Below are positions 35,259-44,853 of a stretch of DNA of 64,000 nucleotides, in pieces. The notes beneath the pieces are model-generated. The model made no database searches, was not told the origin of the DNA, and was given only the letters and a program-made list of their open reading frames with translations. A program made the position numbers and the translations under genes. This DNA comes from an uncultured virus (IMG/VR IMGVR_UViG_3300022074_000022) (taxonomy: Duplodnaviria; Heunggongvirae; Uroviricota; Caudoviricetes), in the IMG/VR virus record IMGVR_UViG_3300022074_000022, one strand, 5' to 3'. Within the stretch, counting starts at the first letter, position 1. Every line of letters starts with the position of its first letter.

Positions 35259-36209
35259 TTACAGAGTGATAACGGAACGAACGAGAGCTTCCGGGCGAAG
35301 GACTTTACGTCCAAACACATGGAGACCACGAACGATATCGCTAAAGGTTTCAGTCGAACGTACAACCTCGGTCTTCGCGATGTGCGAAGCGGTTGCAGTA
35401 GAGGACATGTGACCGGCGAGGATAGGGAATTCACCCGCACCCAGACCAGTTACGTCAACAGTGTCCGTGCCAGCAGCGTTCATTGCGGTGGACTTGTAAC
35501 AAGCGAAACCGGCAATGTTGCCCTGCATGACAAGGCCGTTACGCAGCGGCGAAGTGCCGTCGCCAGTGACCTGTACTTCTGCGAACTTAGCGCCCGCGCC
35601 AAACAGAGTCTCGTAGAAAGCCGGTGCGGCAACGAACCAGCGATTCTCTTCCGGAACCGACTGATCGTCAAGGGCACGAGCCATCTTGAGCATGATGTTG
35701 ACGAGGTTGTCACCAGTCTGGCCAGTCAGAGGCGAACCAACAGTACCGAGACCAGTTACGGTAGCGGTAGCTGCGCCCGACTCAGACGAAAGGCCTGCGC
35801 CATCAAACATGGCAGTCAGGATATTACCGTCATACTTACGCTTCAGCGAGTATGCACCCGAAGAAGTGGCCAGAGCCTCAAAGTTGACGTGGGACTGACG
35901 CTCTTCAATGTCGTCAATCTTGAACGCAAAAGCATTCGCTTGATCGACGGCCATGGTAGTCTGGTCGTCAGCGAGGTCTTGCGGGTTTACAACAGCACCG
36001 CGAGCATACGAGGAAACCGTAATGGTCGGCTCCTTAATGATGCGAACGGTGTCGCCAAAGTTCTCAATTTCGCCAGCGTAGTCGGTATTCGTGATATCTT
36101 CAGCAACCGAAGCGCGACGGAAGAATTTGAGAACTTTTTGGCTGAAAATTTCCGGCGTAAAGTTACCGGAAGGCAGGTTATTATGACCTGACGCGCTATT
36201 AAAAGCCAT
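35259..36209 (-). CDS. Major capsid protein
   Basis: PEIFSQKVL, ITNTDYAGEI..GDTVRI, DIVRGLHVFGRKVLRPEAL. Confidence 0.9.
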   Translation of the reverse strand: MAFNSASGHNNLPSGNFTPEIFSQKVLKFFRRASVAEDITNTDYAGEIENFGDTVRIIKEPTITVSSYARGAVVNPQDLADDQTTMAVDQANAFAFKIDDIEERQSHVNFEALATSSGAYSLKRKYDGNILTAMFDGAGLSSESGAATATVTGLGTVGSPLTGQTGDNLVNIMLKMARALDDQSVPEENRWFVAAPAFYETLFGAGAKFAEVQVTGDGTSPLRNGLVMQGNIAGFACYKSTAMNAAGTDTVDVTGLGAGEFPILAGHMSSTATASHIAKTEVVRSTETFSDIVRGLHVFGRKVLRPEALVRSVITL

Positions 36210-36240
36210 TAGTTCATCCTTCCTATTTGGAGGTTAGAGT

Positions 36241-37134
36241 TTAGTTGTTGTAGTCAATTCGGCCTTCAGCCCGTGCGGTGTCGAGTTCAGCTTCCATCTT
36301 CTCGAATTCCCACGGCTTCATTTTGCCGATTTCAGAAGCCTTCCAGATTCGTCCATCACCTTTTGCAGAAGAGACTTCCCGTGCTGCGGGTCTAGTCACT
36401 GCCTCTGCGGCAGACGATGATTTCTTAGAAGATTTCTTTTTTAGGCCAGCATCGGCCTTATATAGGTCGATGACCCGTGCTGCCAACTTTGCATCCGTAT
36501 TGTTTTTGTAGATGCCGTCAGCGAGTGACGAGGGCTGATCTTCAAGCCAAGTTAGAAACTTTTCGTCCTGTTTGATATGATCAAAATCAGGATGGAAGTT
36601 AAGAAGTTCTTGATAGGCGTTCTGCTTCTCAAGTTCTTTTTCGCGTTCCTTAATAGTTCCCAACTGTTCGCGAAGCTCAGAAACCTGCGCCTCGGTATGC
36701 AGCGACGAAACAGTTTGCACCACTTCGAACACTTCAGGATACCGTTTTCTAAATTCTTCAATCTCTTCGACAGTGCGTGGTGGAGACATGCCCTGCGGCA
36801 TTTGTGCCGACTGACTGGATGCTCCGCTCTTCAGGCCTTCGATCTCTTGTTTGAATTCAGAAACTTTGGTATCATAATGCTTCTTCAAGTCATCATACCG
36901 TTTCTTGTAGTCGTGGTCGGTTTCTTGTTTTTGTTCTACGAAGCTGGTGCTTTCCTGCGGAGTAGCCTCTTCGGGGTCCGCTTGTTGTGCCTCTACAGCT
37001 TCTTCCGCTTCATCGTCGTCATCATCTTGATAGACTTCGTCACGGTACTTTCCACGATACAGTGCGTCGTTTCCGACAGTGCCGAATGAGTCGTTCGGCT
37101 TATTGGCACGGTGGCCTTTTACTCGTTTTGCCAT
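36241..37134 (-). CDS. Capsid scaffolding protein
   Basis: Acidic, DYKKRYDDLK, HPDF, C-terminal ARAEGRI; upstream of MCP. Confidence 0.82.
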   Translation of the reverse strand: MAKRVKGHRANKPNDSFGTVGNDALYRGKYRDEVYQDDDDDEAEEAVEAQQADPEEATPQESTSFVEQKQETDHDYKKRYDDLKKHYDTKVSEFKQEIEGLKSGASSQSAQMPQGMSPPRTVEEIEEFRKRYPEVFEVVQTVSSLHTEAQVSELREQLGTIKEREKELEKQNAYQELLNFHPDFDHIKQDEKFLTWLEDQPSSLADGIYKNNTDAKLAARVIDLYKADAGLKKKSSKKSSSAAEAVTRPAAREVSSAKGDGRIWKASEIGKMKPWEFEKMEAELDTARAEGRIDYNN

Positions 37135-37149
37135 TTTATTACCTCACTT

Positions 37150-37218
37150 GCGGGGCCACTTGGCTGTGGGTAGCCGCTCCGGTTGTGTCAGGGCCGTGGT
37201 CCACCACGGGTAGCTGAC
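37150..37218 (-). promoter_or_regulatory. Tandem RNA hairpins with CUAC/CC internal loops in the scaffold leader
   Basis: GTCAG-CTAC-CCGTGG-TGGA-CCACGG-CC-CTGAC and GCGG-CTAC-CCAC-AGCCAA-GTGG-CC-CCGC. Confidence 0.7.
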
Positions 37219-40200
37219 GAATCCCTTTTGGGTTTTGGCATCGGTAACTCCATGTCTATGGGCTTATCCGGTTTTGGAAGCTTTGGAAAAGTCATAGGTT
37301 CAGTTATCGATGGGAAATCTTTGTTTTCTGCGTACCAGCTAATCATGCGATCAGCGCGGTTGCGCGTCTGTCTGGCTTTTTCGGACGACTTGCCTCGGAG
37401 GGGCATAATAATGCCGTCGTAAAGAGCGTCGTATGCGTCACCGCCCTGAAAGCCCTTTAAGAAACTGTGTCTAATACTTACGTGTCTGTTCTTACCCTTG
37501 TTACGGAAAGAACCTTCCTTTCCCTTACCCGGCTTAGTCTTGAAATTGCCAACGTAATATTCAGTGAACATAATCGCCTTATCTACAGGATTGTTCGGGG
37601 AAGGGATGTTGTAGCTTTTAAGAAATGCCTCAAACTCTTCGTGCTTTTTACGTTGAACAGTCAGATTTAGTTCTTCAAGAACCTTTTGATCTTTGATAGT
37701 CAAAGGGTCTTTTTTCAGTGCTGCACGGGCTGTCGCACCTGTTTTGGGGACAAACTTACCCTCTTTGTAGTTACCTACATATGGAGTGAGCTTAGACAGC
37801 ATAGTTGTGTTGAGTCCCATCTTCTCCAAATCAGTGATGGAGTGCTGGCCGATATCAAATCCTCGACCAATAGTCACGCCACTCGCATTCGTAGGAACGT
37901 AGCCTGTCTTCCTGTTATCTTCGGCTACTTGAAGGGCGCTTCGTACAGTCTCTTCGTATTGTGTTGGTGCAGGAAGAGGCGTCGAAGGCTTTGCAGCCTC
38001 AATAGGTGGGGCGGGTGGGGCTTGTGGCTTTTCAACAAATCCTTGATTTGTAGCCGGGGCACCGGATACATCAGGCTGTGACTCTTCGTTACCGAAGCCA
38101 AAAAGATTACTGATAAACCCGCCTATCTTGTAGCCAGCCTGTTGTGGGGCAGCTTCACTCTCTTCAATACGCTCCTGTGTCTCCTTTTTACCGCGATTGT
38201 TGATCTTGCGGAGACGGTCGTACCCAATGATGCGAGCCAACTGAGGCGGTATGACTACTTCGCCTCGGGACACTGCTACGTCCACTGCCTTTTCGTAGAC
38301 GGGCCTATCTACTTCAAAAATACCCTGTTCGCGAGCTACGGCGTATGCGTTGATAATCATCTTCTTGATATCTTCGCTACCGGCCTCTTCTACAGCCGCC
38401 GCGTTGATGACAAAGGTGCCTTCTTCAACTTGCATGTCCTTGTCGTCAGCCACCTTTTGACGGTCTGTAAAGCGCGACGGTGGGCCTTCTACAAAGCCAG
38501 CGGGTGTGGCCATAGCTTGACCGCCCTGCTGAAGTCCTACGCGACCACCTTTACGATATCCACCAAAGTTAAAGGAGTAATCCGCCGCGTCCTCGGAACC
38601 ACCAAAGCTCTCCATGATGTCAGCTTCAGCTTGAGCCGCTGAGTAGTCTTCACCTTCATCTTGATTACCGCCGCCTGATGGTTGTGGCATGGTGCTGGGG
38701 ATGTCCTCGGGCGCAGTAACAGGAAGAGACGCTGCCGCTTTCTTGTTATCTTCTTGCATACGGTTGAGTGCGTCACTAAGGAACGTAGCGTTACGGTGCT
38801 TTCCACTAACGGTGCCAAACGCACCCGCTTTAGTTTGGGCCTCTAAAAGTGCATCCTTGAACTGAGATTCTGTGATCCCGTACTGCGATCTTGCAGCGTC
38901 GTAAGCTGCGGCAAACTGTTCGTTCTTTGTGCTTGCAGCACCTGTTAGCTTGGCACCACCACCAAACGTTCCGATAAAATAACCCGTCTCAGAGACGTTG
39001 CCGCCAACACGGAAGGCTGTGTCTGCATCCATCAAGCCCTTCATACCGGTCTTTGACCATGTATTAGTATCGCTGTCGTACTCGTCTTTAAGAGTGCCGG
39101 AGATGAAGCCTTCTTTTGTAGCTTCAATGCCGAGCATCTGCTGCTGCGACATGTTTCCGAGATTACCAGTGTATATGTAGTCTCCGGGCTTACGACTGAT
39201 CATCATGTTGTTGACAGTCATCAGTGCGCCAGCTTTTCCACCAACAAGATTTACAGCGGCTGCATTCTTTGTGTGAAAATTCAGTGCGGCATCAAGTGCA
39301 AAGCCAGCTAGACCAGCGGGGCGAAGAGTAGTCTCTTTTCCAAAAGGAGCCGCTACCTGTTTTCCCATGAGAGTGCCAGCGGCTGTGGCAAGAGTCGGAC
39401 CCATCAGGGCAGAAACGGGAGCCACTAGCCCCTCTTTCTTTACATCCGCTTGGACGCCCGGACCTTTGATGGACCTCATATACTCAGTAACAAAGCTTTC
39501 TGAAAGGTCTTGTGTGCCAGCTTTTTCAAAAGTATCTATGTTAAGCTCAAAGTCACTAGAACCGTCACCGTACTGGAAAGAACGGACATCAAAAGCTGAC
39601 TGTCTGCCCTTCTGTCCAAACGTGTACTGTGTAGGAGAAACTATAGAGTCTTCCCCAGAGCCTACAGGACGAAGAACATCTTGACGAATGACGGTTTCTT
39701 TTTCATCTTCGTCCTCATCTTCATCTTCGTCTACCGTTGTAACATCGACTCCTGTTCCCAAACTGCCGCCGTAAAAATCCACAAAGCCAGAGGCATATTC
39801 TTCTGGAGTGTAAGTACGCTGAGATGTGAAAAATCCACTAGAAGAATTATCTCTGGTTATACCTAGATTAGAACCGTCACCAGCTATACCAAACATGAGT
39901 TGGAATTCAGGTGATTGGGCACTACCCCCTTCTGCCAGTCCTTGACGAAAGTTCGGAGACTCAGGATCAAGCTCAGTTTCAATCCGATTCATGCCCTCCG
40001 CGTAACCAGAGAAGTCATCTACCTCAGACGGCAGTTTCTTTTCTTCTTCCTCTTTACGTCTTTCGTAGTAAGTCGGAGGGGCGGGCTGGGCTTCTATGTA
40101 CGTATTCCGCTCTTGTTGTTTCTGGTACTCACGATTGACAAGACCTTCGCCCGTTGTGTCAGGGGTTCTATACATAGGGGCAGCTTCGCGAATTATTTTT

Positions 40201-40472
40201 CGAAGCAGTGTGTCGTCAAAAGTCTTACCCGCATACCTGTTAGGCTCTGACCCGACCATAGCGCGGGCCGTTCCGTCTGGGTTGAAAAACATATTTCGCT
40301 GCGTGAATACTTCTTCGGCAAGTTCTTTTTGAGTCTTTGTATAGCTATCGTATTCCTCACCCACAATCCGGCGAAGATCATCACTGGTTCGTCCGATTTC
40401 GTCCTTGAGCATCTCTATCCCTTCACGGGTATCTGCAGTACGTTCGGTTATTTGTGGGTTACGAATTGCCAT
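37188..40472 (-). CDS. Large virion protein with C-terminal pesticin-like muramidase domain
   Basis: GYVPTNASGVTIGRGFDIGQ; central GFVEGP...DD...EGTFVINAAAV. Confidence 0.7.
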   Translation of the reverse strand: MAIRNPQITERTADTREGIEMLKDEIGRTSDDLRRIVGEEYDSYTKTQKELAEEVFTQRNMFFNPDGTARAMVGSEPNRYAGKTFDDTLLRKIIREAAPMYRTPDTTGEGLVNREYQKQQERNTYIEAQPAPPTYYERRKEEEEKKLPSEVDDFSGYAEGMNRIETELDPESPNFRQGLAEGGSAQSPEFQLMFGIAGDGSNLGITRDNSSSGFFTSQRTYTPEEYASGFVDFYGGSLGTGVDVTTVDEDEDEDEDEKETVIRQDVLRPVGSGEDSIVSPTQYTFGQKGRQSAFDVRSFQYGDGSSDFELNIDTFEKAGTQDLSESFVTEYMRSIKGPGVQADVKKEGLVAPVSALMGPTLATAAGTLMGKQVAAPFGKETTLRPAGLAGFALDAALNFHTKNAAAVNLVGGKAGALMTVNNMMISRKPGDYIYTGNLGNMSQQQMLGIEATKEGFISGTLKDEYDSDTNTWSKTGMKGLMDADTAFRVGGNVSETGYFIGTFGGGAKLTGAASTKNEQFAAAYDAARSQYGITESQFKDALLEAQTKAGAFGTVSGKHRNATFLSDALNRMQEDNKKAAASLPVTAPEDIPSTMPQPSGGGNQDEGEDYSAAQAEADIMESFGGSEDAADYSFNFGGYRKGGRVGLQQGGQAMATPAGFVEGPPSRFTDRQKVADDKDMQVEEGTFVINAAAVEEAGSEDIKKMIINAYAVAREQGIFEVDRPVYEKAVDVAVSRGEVVIPPQLARIIGYDRLRKINNRGKKETQERIEESEAAPQQAGYKIGGFISNLFGFGNEESQPDVSGAPATNQGFVEKPQAPPAPPIEAAKPSTPLPAPTQYEETVRSALQVAEDNRKTGYVPTNASGVTIGRGFDIGQHSITDLEKMGLNTTMLSKLTPYVGNYKEGKFVPKTGATARAALKKDPLTIKDQKVLEELNLTVQRKKHEEFEAFLKSYNIPSPNNPVDKAIMFTEYYVGNFKTKPGKGKEGSFRNKGKNRHVSIRHSFLKGFQGGDAYDALYDGIIMPLRGKSSEKARQTRNRADRMISWYAENKDFPSITEPMTFPKLPKPDKPIDMELPMPKPKRDSSATRGGPRP

Positions 40473-40689
40473 CGACTTTAACTACTCGCTCATAGTTCGT
40501 CTTCAGTTGTGCCAGCATTTCCAGTAAAGCCAGCTTCCCCTGCGCTTGGCGCAGTTCCGACTCCGATTGTGCCGTTACCACGGCCCGAATCATCGACTCC
40601 CGGAGGTCCGCTAGGTACTCCTCCATTAGGGGCCATTCCTTGTTGTTGAGGAGCGGGGCCAGCTTCCGCGCCTGTTCCTTGTTGAGCAT
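40459..40689 (-). CDS. 76-aa helical protein overlapping the portal 3' end
   Basis: ELRQAQGKLALLEML; AAGGG before ATG; stop overlaps next gene start. Confidence 0.7.
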   Translation of the reverse strand: MLNKEQARKLAPLLNNKEWPLMEEYLADLRESMIRAVVTAQSESELRQAQGKLALLEMLAQLKTNYERVVKVDGNS

Positions 40690-42613
40690 TTGCCATCATC
40701 CCTTGCAGCATCTGTGCGTATACTTGTGCTTCGTTGACATCGTTGACGAGGCTGTCCGGATCAATGTCCTGTGAAATAGCCAGTTCTCTCATAAGGTTCG
40801 GGAGCTTTACAAACGGTGCCAGCATCGGATTGGACACTGTCTGAAGCAGTGAGGTGAGACGCTGTGTGCGTACTTCCTTCTGCATAACCGCTGCTACACC
40901 TCGCGGTTTGATTTCCAGATCACCTTCGACGTCTTCTACATCTTCGTTGAACTGCATGTTCCACTGGAAATACGCTTCACCAATCGTCTTGAGAAGATGG
41001 TCGTCAATGTTCTTGATCACAGTCTTCATAGACAGGCCAGCACTTCCCATCAGCATTGAGAGGCCTGCTGCCGTGCGTCCAGTACCGCTTACACCCGTCT
41101 GCCCGTGCATGATCGACGGGATACCGGTCTCTTCGTCTGCAAGCTGACGGCTGATCTGATACATCTGAATGTTCTCAGGAGCCGTGTTCGGAAACTTGAG
41201 ACCATTAATCGCTGTGCCCGTAACACCAGACTGACGACGGAAAATCTTTCCGGGGAAGATGTCCATGTTCTGTCCGGGGACAAGAGACGCTTCGTCCACA
41301 TCAAAGACAAGGTTGCCAGCGAGAGCGAGATTGTCAATCGCCATACGAACGTGACCGTTCATCAGCAACTGTGCATCTTCCATGTTCTCAGCTACACCTA
41401 CGCCCCAAATCTGATACGGGTTGATCTCAAATGGGAATGCTGCATAGGGTATACGTGCGGGTGTAAACGGATTGACAACGCAGCGAAGAACTTCGTTTCC
41501 ACAGACCCAGACATTCACCTGAAGCTGGTCGAACTCAGACATGTCCTTGGCTTCGTCAAGGCCAACCTCGTATGCGAACTTTGCGTCAAGAACGCCCCAA
41601 TACTCAAGAACCTCAAAGCGATTTTCTTGATAGTATGTCTCAGTCTCATCTTCGCGGATCGTATCTTCGTAATACTTATCCTCGTAGTTAGGACCTTTGG
41701 CTAAGATGTTCTGGATAGCTTCAGCGTCAAAGTGCGGGCGCATGATAAGTGCACGTAACTGCTGGCGATTCATGCGATGGCGTTCGATCACATACTCGCA
41801 ATCCTCAATCGAAGTCGCGGAAGGATCGGGGTGAAAGTCCCAAATAGAAACAGTCTCAATACGAGGTACAGTCTTTTCGTATGGGAGGTACTCTCTTTCG
41901 CCCTGTTCATTTCTCTGCCACTTGTGAATGCGCTTGTAGAAATTGAAGGGGCCTTTTACGATGCCTGTCCCAAGAAGAGCAGACTCAAAAATAGCTTTCC
42001 TAAAGACGTTGACTGCGTTAGTATCAAGTAGCTGATCATGAATCACCTTCTCCATCCGACGAGCTTGTTCTGCCGCAGGCTCAAACTGTGGCTCTCCAAC
42101 ATTCGCCTTTCCGGGAAGGATCATGTCGCCAAACTCTTTTCCATAAGTACCCAGAGAGTGTGGCTGAGAGGCGGACAAGCCGCCGGGAGTAATCTCCCTG
42201 CCGTCTCCGGGGAAGCCATACGGATCAGTTTGATTTGGCATGTCATCGATAGGAGTACGCGCATGGGCGAACTCTTCGATTCCTTCTGGGACGGGTGTAG
42301 ACTCAACTACAATAGGAAACTTTTTGTTGGCAAAAAGAATGTCTACAATTTGTCCATAAGCCGCAAGGACTTTGGTCTTCGTGATTTTGATGAAAACCTT
42401 AGACCTTTCAGAGTCTCTGTACTGTGTGCTTGTGTCGTAGATGCCACGGAAATTCTTATACGCTTGCAGCCATCGCTGTTCATACGCATAGCGTCCGTTT
42501 TCGGAATCTTCAAATTTGGCACGAATGTACCCAGCAAGCCCCGGCATCTTGTCGTCAGGGCTCAGGATAGGTACAGAGGCTTCCTCGTCTGGCTCTAGAA
42601 AATTGTCAGACAT
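40490..42613 (-). CDS. Portal protein
   Basis: 707 aa; RWLQAYKNFRG, ALLGTGIVKG, WGVGVAE, GRTAAGLSML. Confidence 0.88.
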   Translation of the reverse strand: MSDNFLEPDEEASVPILSPDDKMPGLAGYIRAKFEDSENGRYAYEQRWLQAYKNFRGIYDTSTQYRDSERSKVFIKITKTKVLAAYGQIVDILFANKKFPIVVESTPVPEGIEEFAHARTPIDDMPNQTDPYGFPGDGREITPGGLSASQPHSLGTYGKEFGDMILPGKANVGEPQFEPAAEQARRMEKVIHDQLLDTNAVNVFRKAIFESALLGTGIVKGPFNFYKRIHKWQRNEQGEREYLPYEKTVPRIETVSIWDFHPDPSATSIEDCEYVIERHRMNRQQLRALIMRPHFDAEAIQNILAKGPNYEDKYYEDTIREDETETYYQENRFEVLEYWGVLDAKFAYEVGLDEAKDMSEFDQLQVNVWVCGNEVLRCVVNPFTPARIPYAAFPFEINPYQIWGVGVAENMEDAQLLMNGHVRMAIDNLALAGNLVFDVDEASLVPGQNMDIFPGKIFRRQSGVTGTAINGLKFPNTAPENIQMYQISRQLADEETGIPSIMHGQTGVSGTGRTAAGLSMLMGSAGLSMKTVIKNIDDHLLKTIGEAYFQWNMQFNEDVEDVEGDLEIKPRGVAAVMQKEVRTQRLTSLLQTVSNPMLAPFVKLPNLMRELAISQDIDPDSLVNDVNEAQVYAQMLQGMMANAQQGTGAEAGPAPQQQGMAPNGGVPSGPPGVDDSGRGNGTIGVGTAPSAGEAGFTGNAGTTEDEL

Positions 42614-42622
42614 AAGACTTCC

Positions 42623-42847
42623 TTAGTAGTCGCGTTCTTCAGCGAGACGCATGACAGCCGGATCGACAGCAGTTTTATTTTGCTGCTTCGGCATATCTTC
42701 CGTCAGAACACCTGTGACGGCACGAGTGTCAAACTCAAGCCCTTCACGATACAGCTTGTCGGCACCCATCTGATCGTCAACGGACGTTTCGTCCGAAGCC
42801 ATGATGTAGCCTTCGCCCATGTTCAGGTTCTGCATTCTTTCCTCCAT
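42623..42847 (-). CDS. Small acidic late protein
   Basis: 74-aa ORF filling the gap before portal. Confidence 0.65.
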   Translation of the reverse strand: MEERMQNLNMGEGYIMASDETSVDDQMGADKLYREGLEFDTRAVTGVLTEDMPKQQNKTAVDPAVMRLAEERDY

Positions 42848-44853
42848 TAAGGGTTAGGTATAGAGTCTTCTTCGACTTGTTGGTCTGCCGTTATCTGCGG
42901 ACCTGAATAATCTTGAGCGCGTATATTTCTAGCGCGATTTCTTCCGCTGATATTGCCGGTGCGTTCTCCAGATACAATTCCCGGAACAATCATTTCAGCG
43001 GCTACCGCCCCTACTCCACCGATAGCAGGGATAACGCCCCGCTCTCCCGGCTCACGTTCAATGCCAAAGAGGTCTGCAGTAGCCTGCATCCCCTTTTCAG
43101 CGGCGACATCGTAGGGGTCAACTTCATCTTCTTCCAGAAGCGCACGATCTATAAGCGCGCCTGCCAGATCGCCAAGAGGTCCCGGCGCAGCTTTTGCGCC
43201 TGTAGAGATAGTGGCCAGTGCGCCTGCAAGACCGTACTTAGCCAGTTTACCTCTAAGGCCGGAGGTCGGGGTCTCGTCAAGTGGGGGGTTGTCGATTAGC
43301 TCTTGTTCTGCAGCTATCTCGGCCCGCGCTTCTGCGGCAATTTTTTTATTATCTGCAAGCTGACGCTGGCGTCTGCGAATGGCCTCTGGATCAGTCTTGA
43401 TCGGACGCGCTAAACGCGCCGCCTCTTCAGCTTCTTTTTGTTCTTCAAGACGTCCAATGACAATCTCAAGCGACGTCTGTTTCTTCTTTTCTTCAAGCTT
43501 GATTGTCTGTCGCTGTTCTTTTGTGGGCCTCTTGTTCACTGTATTTGGTGCAGGGCCATCAAGAGAACCGATCTCAGTCGGCGTGTTAAAGACGACTTCG
43601 GCATCAACAATTCTAGGGGTAGTCACACCCCTGTTTACAAACAGCGCGTTGATGGTTCCGTGACCACCGTTGATAGCGTCTTTGTGAATAAGTGAATTGG
43701 TAATGGGTCCAATGCGCTTATCTGGGAGAGCGCCAGTATAGTTCTCTTCAAGAATGTCACCAGCGTTGTCTACACCAACACCAGCGTGACCCATCCACGC
43801 CTTTACAGCATCGCGTGGAAATTCGTACTCACGAAGAAGCTGCCGTGCAAGGATTTTACGAATGCTTTTGTGGCTTCCCTGTGCTTTTATGGGAAGCTGA
43901 TCCGCAAACCTTTCCTCTAAGAGAGGACGTACACGGGCATTCCAAAGGCGCTCAACACGAGTTTCAAACTTGAGTCTGTCACCCGCTCTGCCAGCAAAGA
44001 CATTCTTTTTGGATGGGTTCTCTCCCGGAAAGTCCTCGGCCACTCGTGCTTTAGCCTGTTCAACTTTAGCGAAAAGAAACTCGGCAAACTCTCCGGTGTA
44101 CGTAACTTCCGGACGAACCTTGTTGGCTTTCCGTACACCGCGAACTTCTGCGATCATAACACCGTCGCGTTCACCAAAGGTAATGTCGCCGATCTTGAGA
44201 CCGTCTTCACCAATGTTTGAGGCAACGCGCTGACCAGTGTACTTCTCGTAGTAAATATAGTCACGAGCATCTCTATCTACCTCGACCGTGACCATTTTCT
44301 GCTGTTTTTCGTCGTAAATCTCGTAACCCTCGACCCCAAGAGCTTCATCATACAAGGCGTCTAGGTCTTTTGAGAAAATCGTACCCTGCATAGGGTCGGT
44401 GTTACGAGATTGAACACCCACAAGATCGTACAAGGTTTGTGCGATACCGTCGGAACCAGCCAGCTTCGTTGGTACGTTATTTACTTTCGCTACTTTGTTC
44501 TGCGCGATAAATCTATCTTCAAACCAGCCCCACTGCTTCCACCGGTTTGTTCCGGATTCGCTTTTTATCGGATCAAGAGCTTCGTTGAATTCTTTTTTAT
44601 CGTAAATTTCATTGTATGGCAGATCGACATCAATACCCTCATCAATGAGATTAGAAATCAGATTGAGAGTGTTATTGTAATTGTCCTTGCCTTTGTCTTT
44701 TTTATCTGCGATGCTGTTGGCGATGTAAGACAGAGCTTCACGCACAGTGATTTGTCCCGACTGAGACTTTTCAACAAAAGCCGCTTGGGTCAGGTTCACT
44801 GCTTCTTTGAGACCGCGTGGACCTCTAGACTTTGTAGGAGGTGTGGTTGCCAT
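42847..44853 (-). CDS. Tyrosine recombinase-family protein with long C-terminal extension
   Basis: YTGQR...LKIGDI (box I), K, HKSIRK, WMGH, EENY (box II) in canonical order. Confidence 0.72.
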   Translation of the reverse strand: MATTPPTKSRGPRGLKEAVNLTQAAFVEKSQSGQITVREALSYIANSIADKKDKGKDNYNNTLNLISNLIDEGIDVDLPYNEIYDKKEFNEALDPIKSESGTNRWKQWGWFEDRFIAQNKVAKVNNVPTKLAGSDGIAQTLYDLVGVQSRNTDPMQGTIFSKDLDALYDEALGVEGYEIYDEKQQKMVTVEVDRDARDYIYYEKYTGQRVASNIGEDGLKIGDITFGERDGVMIAEVRGVRKANKVRPEVTYTGEFAEFLFAKVEQAKARVAEDFPGENPSKKNVFAGRAGDRLKFETRVERLWNARVRPLLEERFADQLPIKAQGSHKSIRKILARQLLREYEFPRDAVKAWMGHAGVGVDNAGDILEENYTGALPDKRIGPITNSLIHKDAINGGHGTINALFVNRGVTTPRIVDAEVVFNTPTEIGSLDGPAPNTVNKRPTKEQRQTIKLEEKKKQTSLEIVIGRLEEQKEAEEAARLARPIKTDPEAIRRRQRQLADNKKIAAEARAEIAAEQELIDNPPLDETPTSGLRGKLAKYGLAGALATISTGAKAAPGPLGDLAGALIDRALLEEDEVDPYDVAAEKGMQATADLFGIEREPGERGVIPAIGGVGAVAAEMIVPGIVSGERTGNISGRNRARNIRAQDYSGPQITADQQVEEDSIPNP

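Noticed and set aside
35319..36191. 290-aa antisense ORF over the capsid gene, and similar shadow ORFs
   Set aside because: Explained by codon bias of the real gene on the opposite strand; no recognisable motifs
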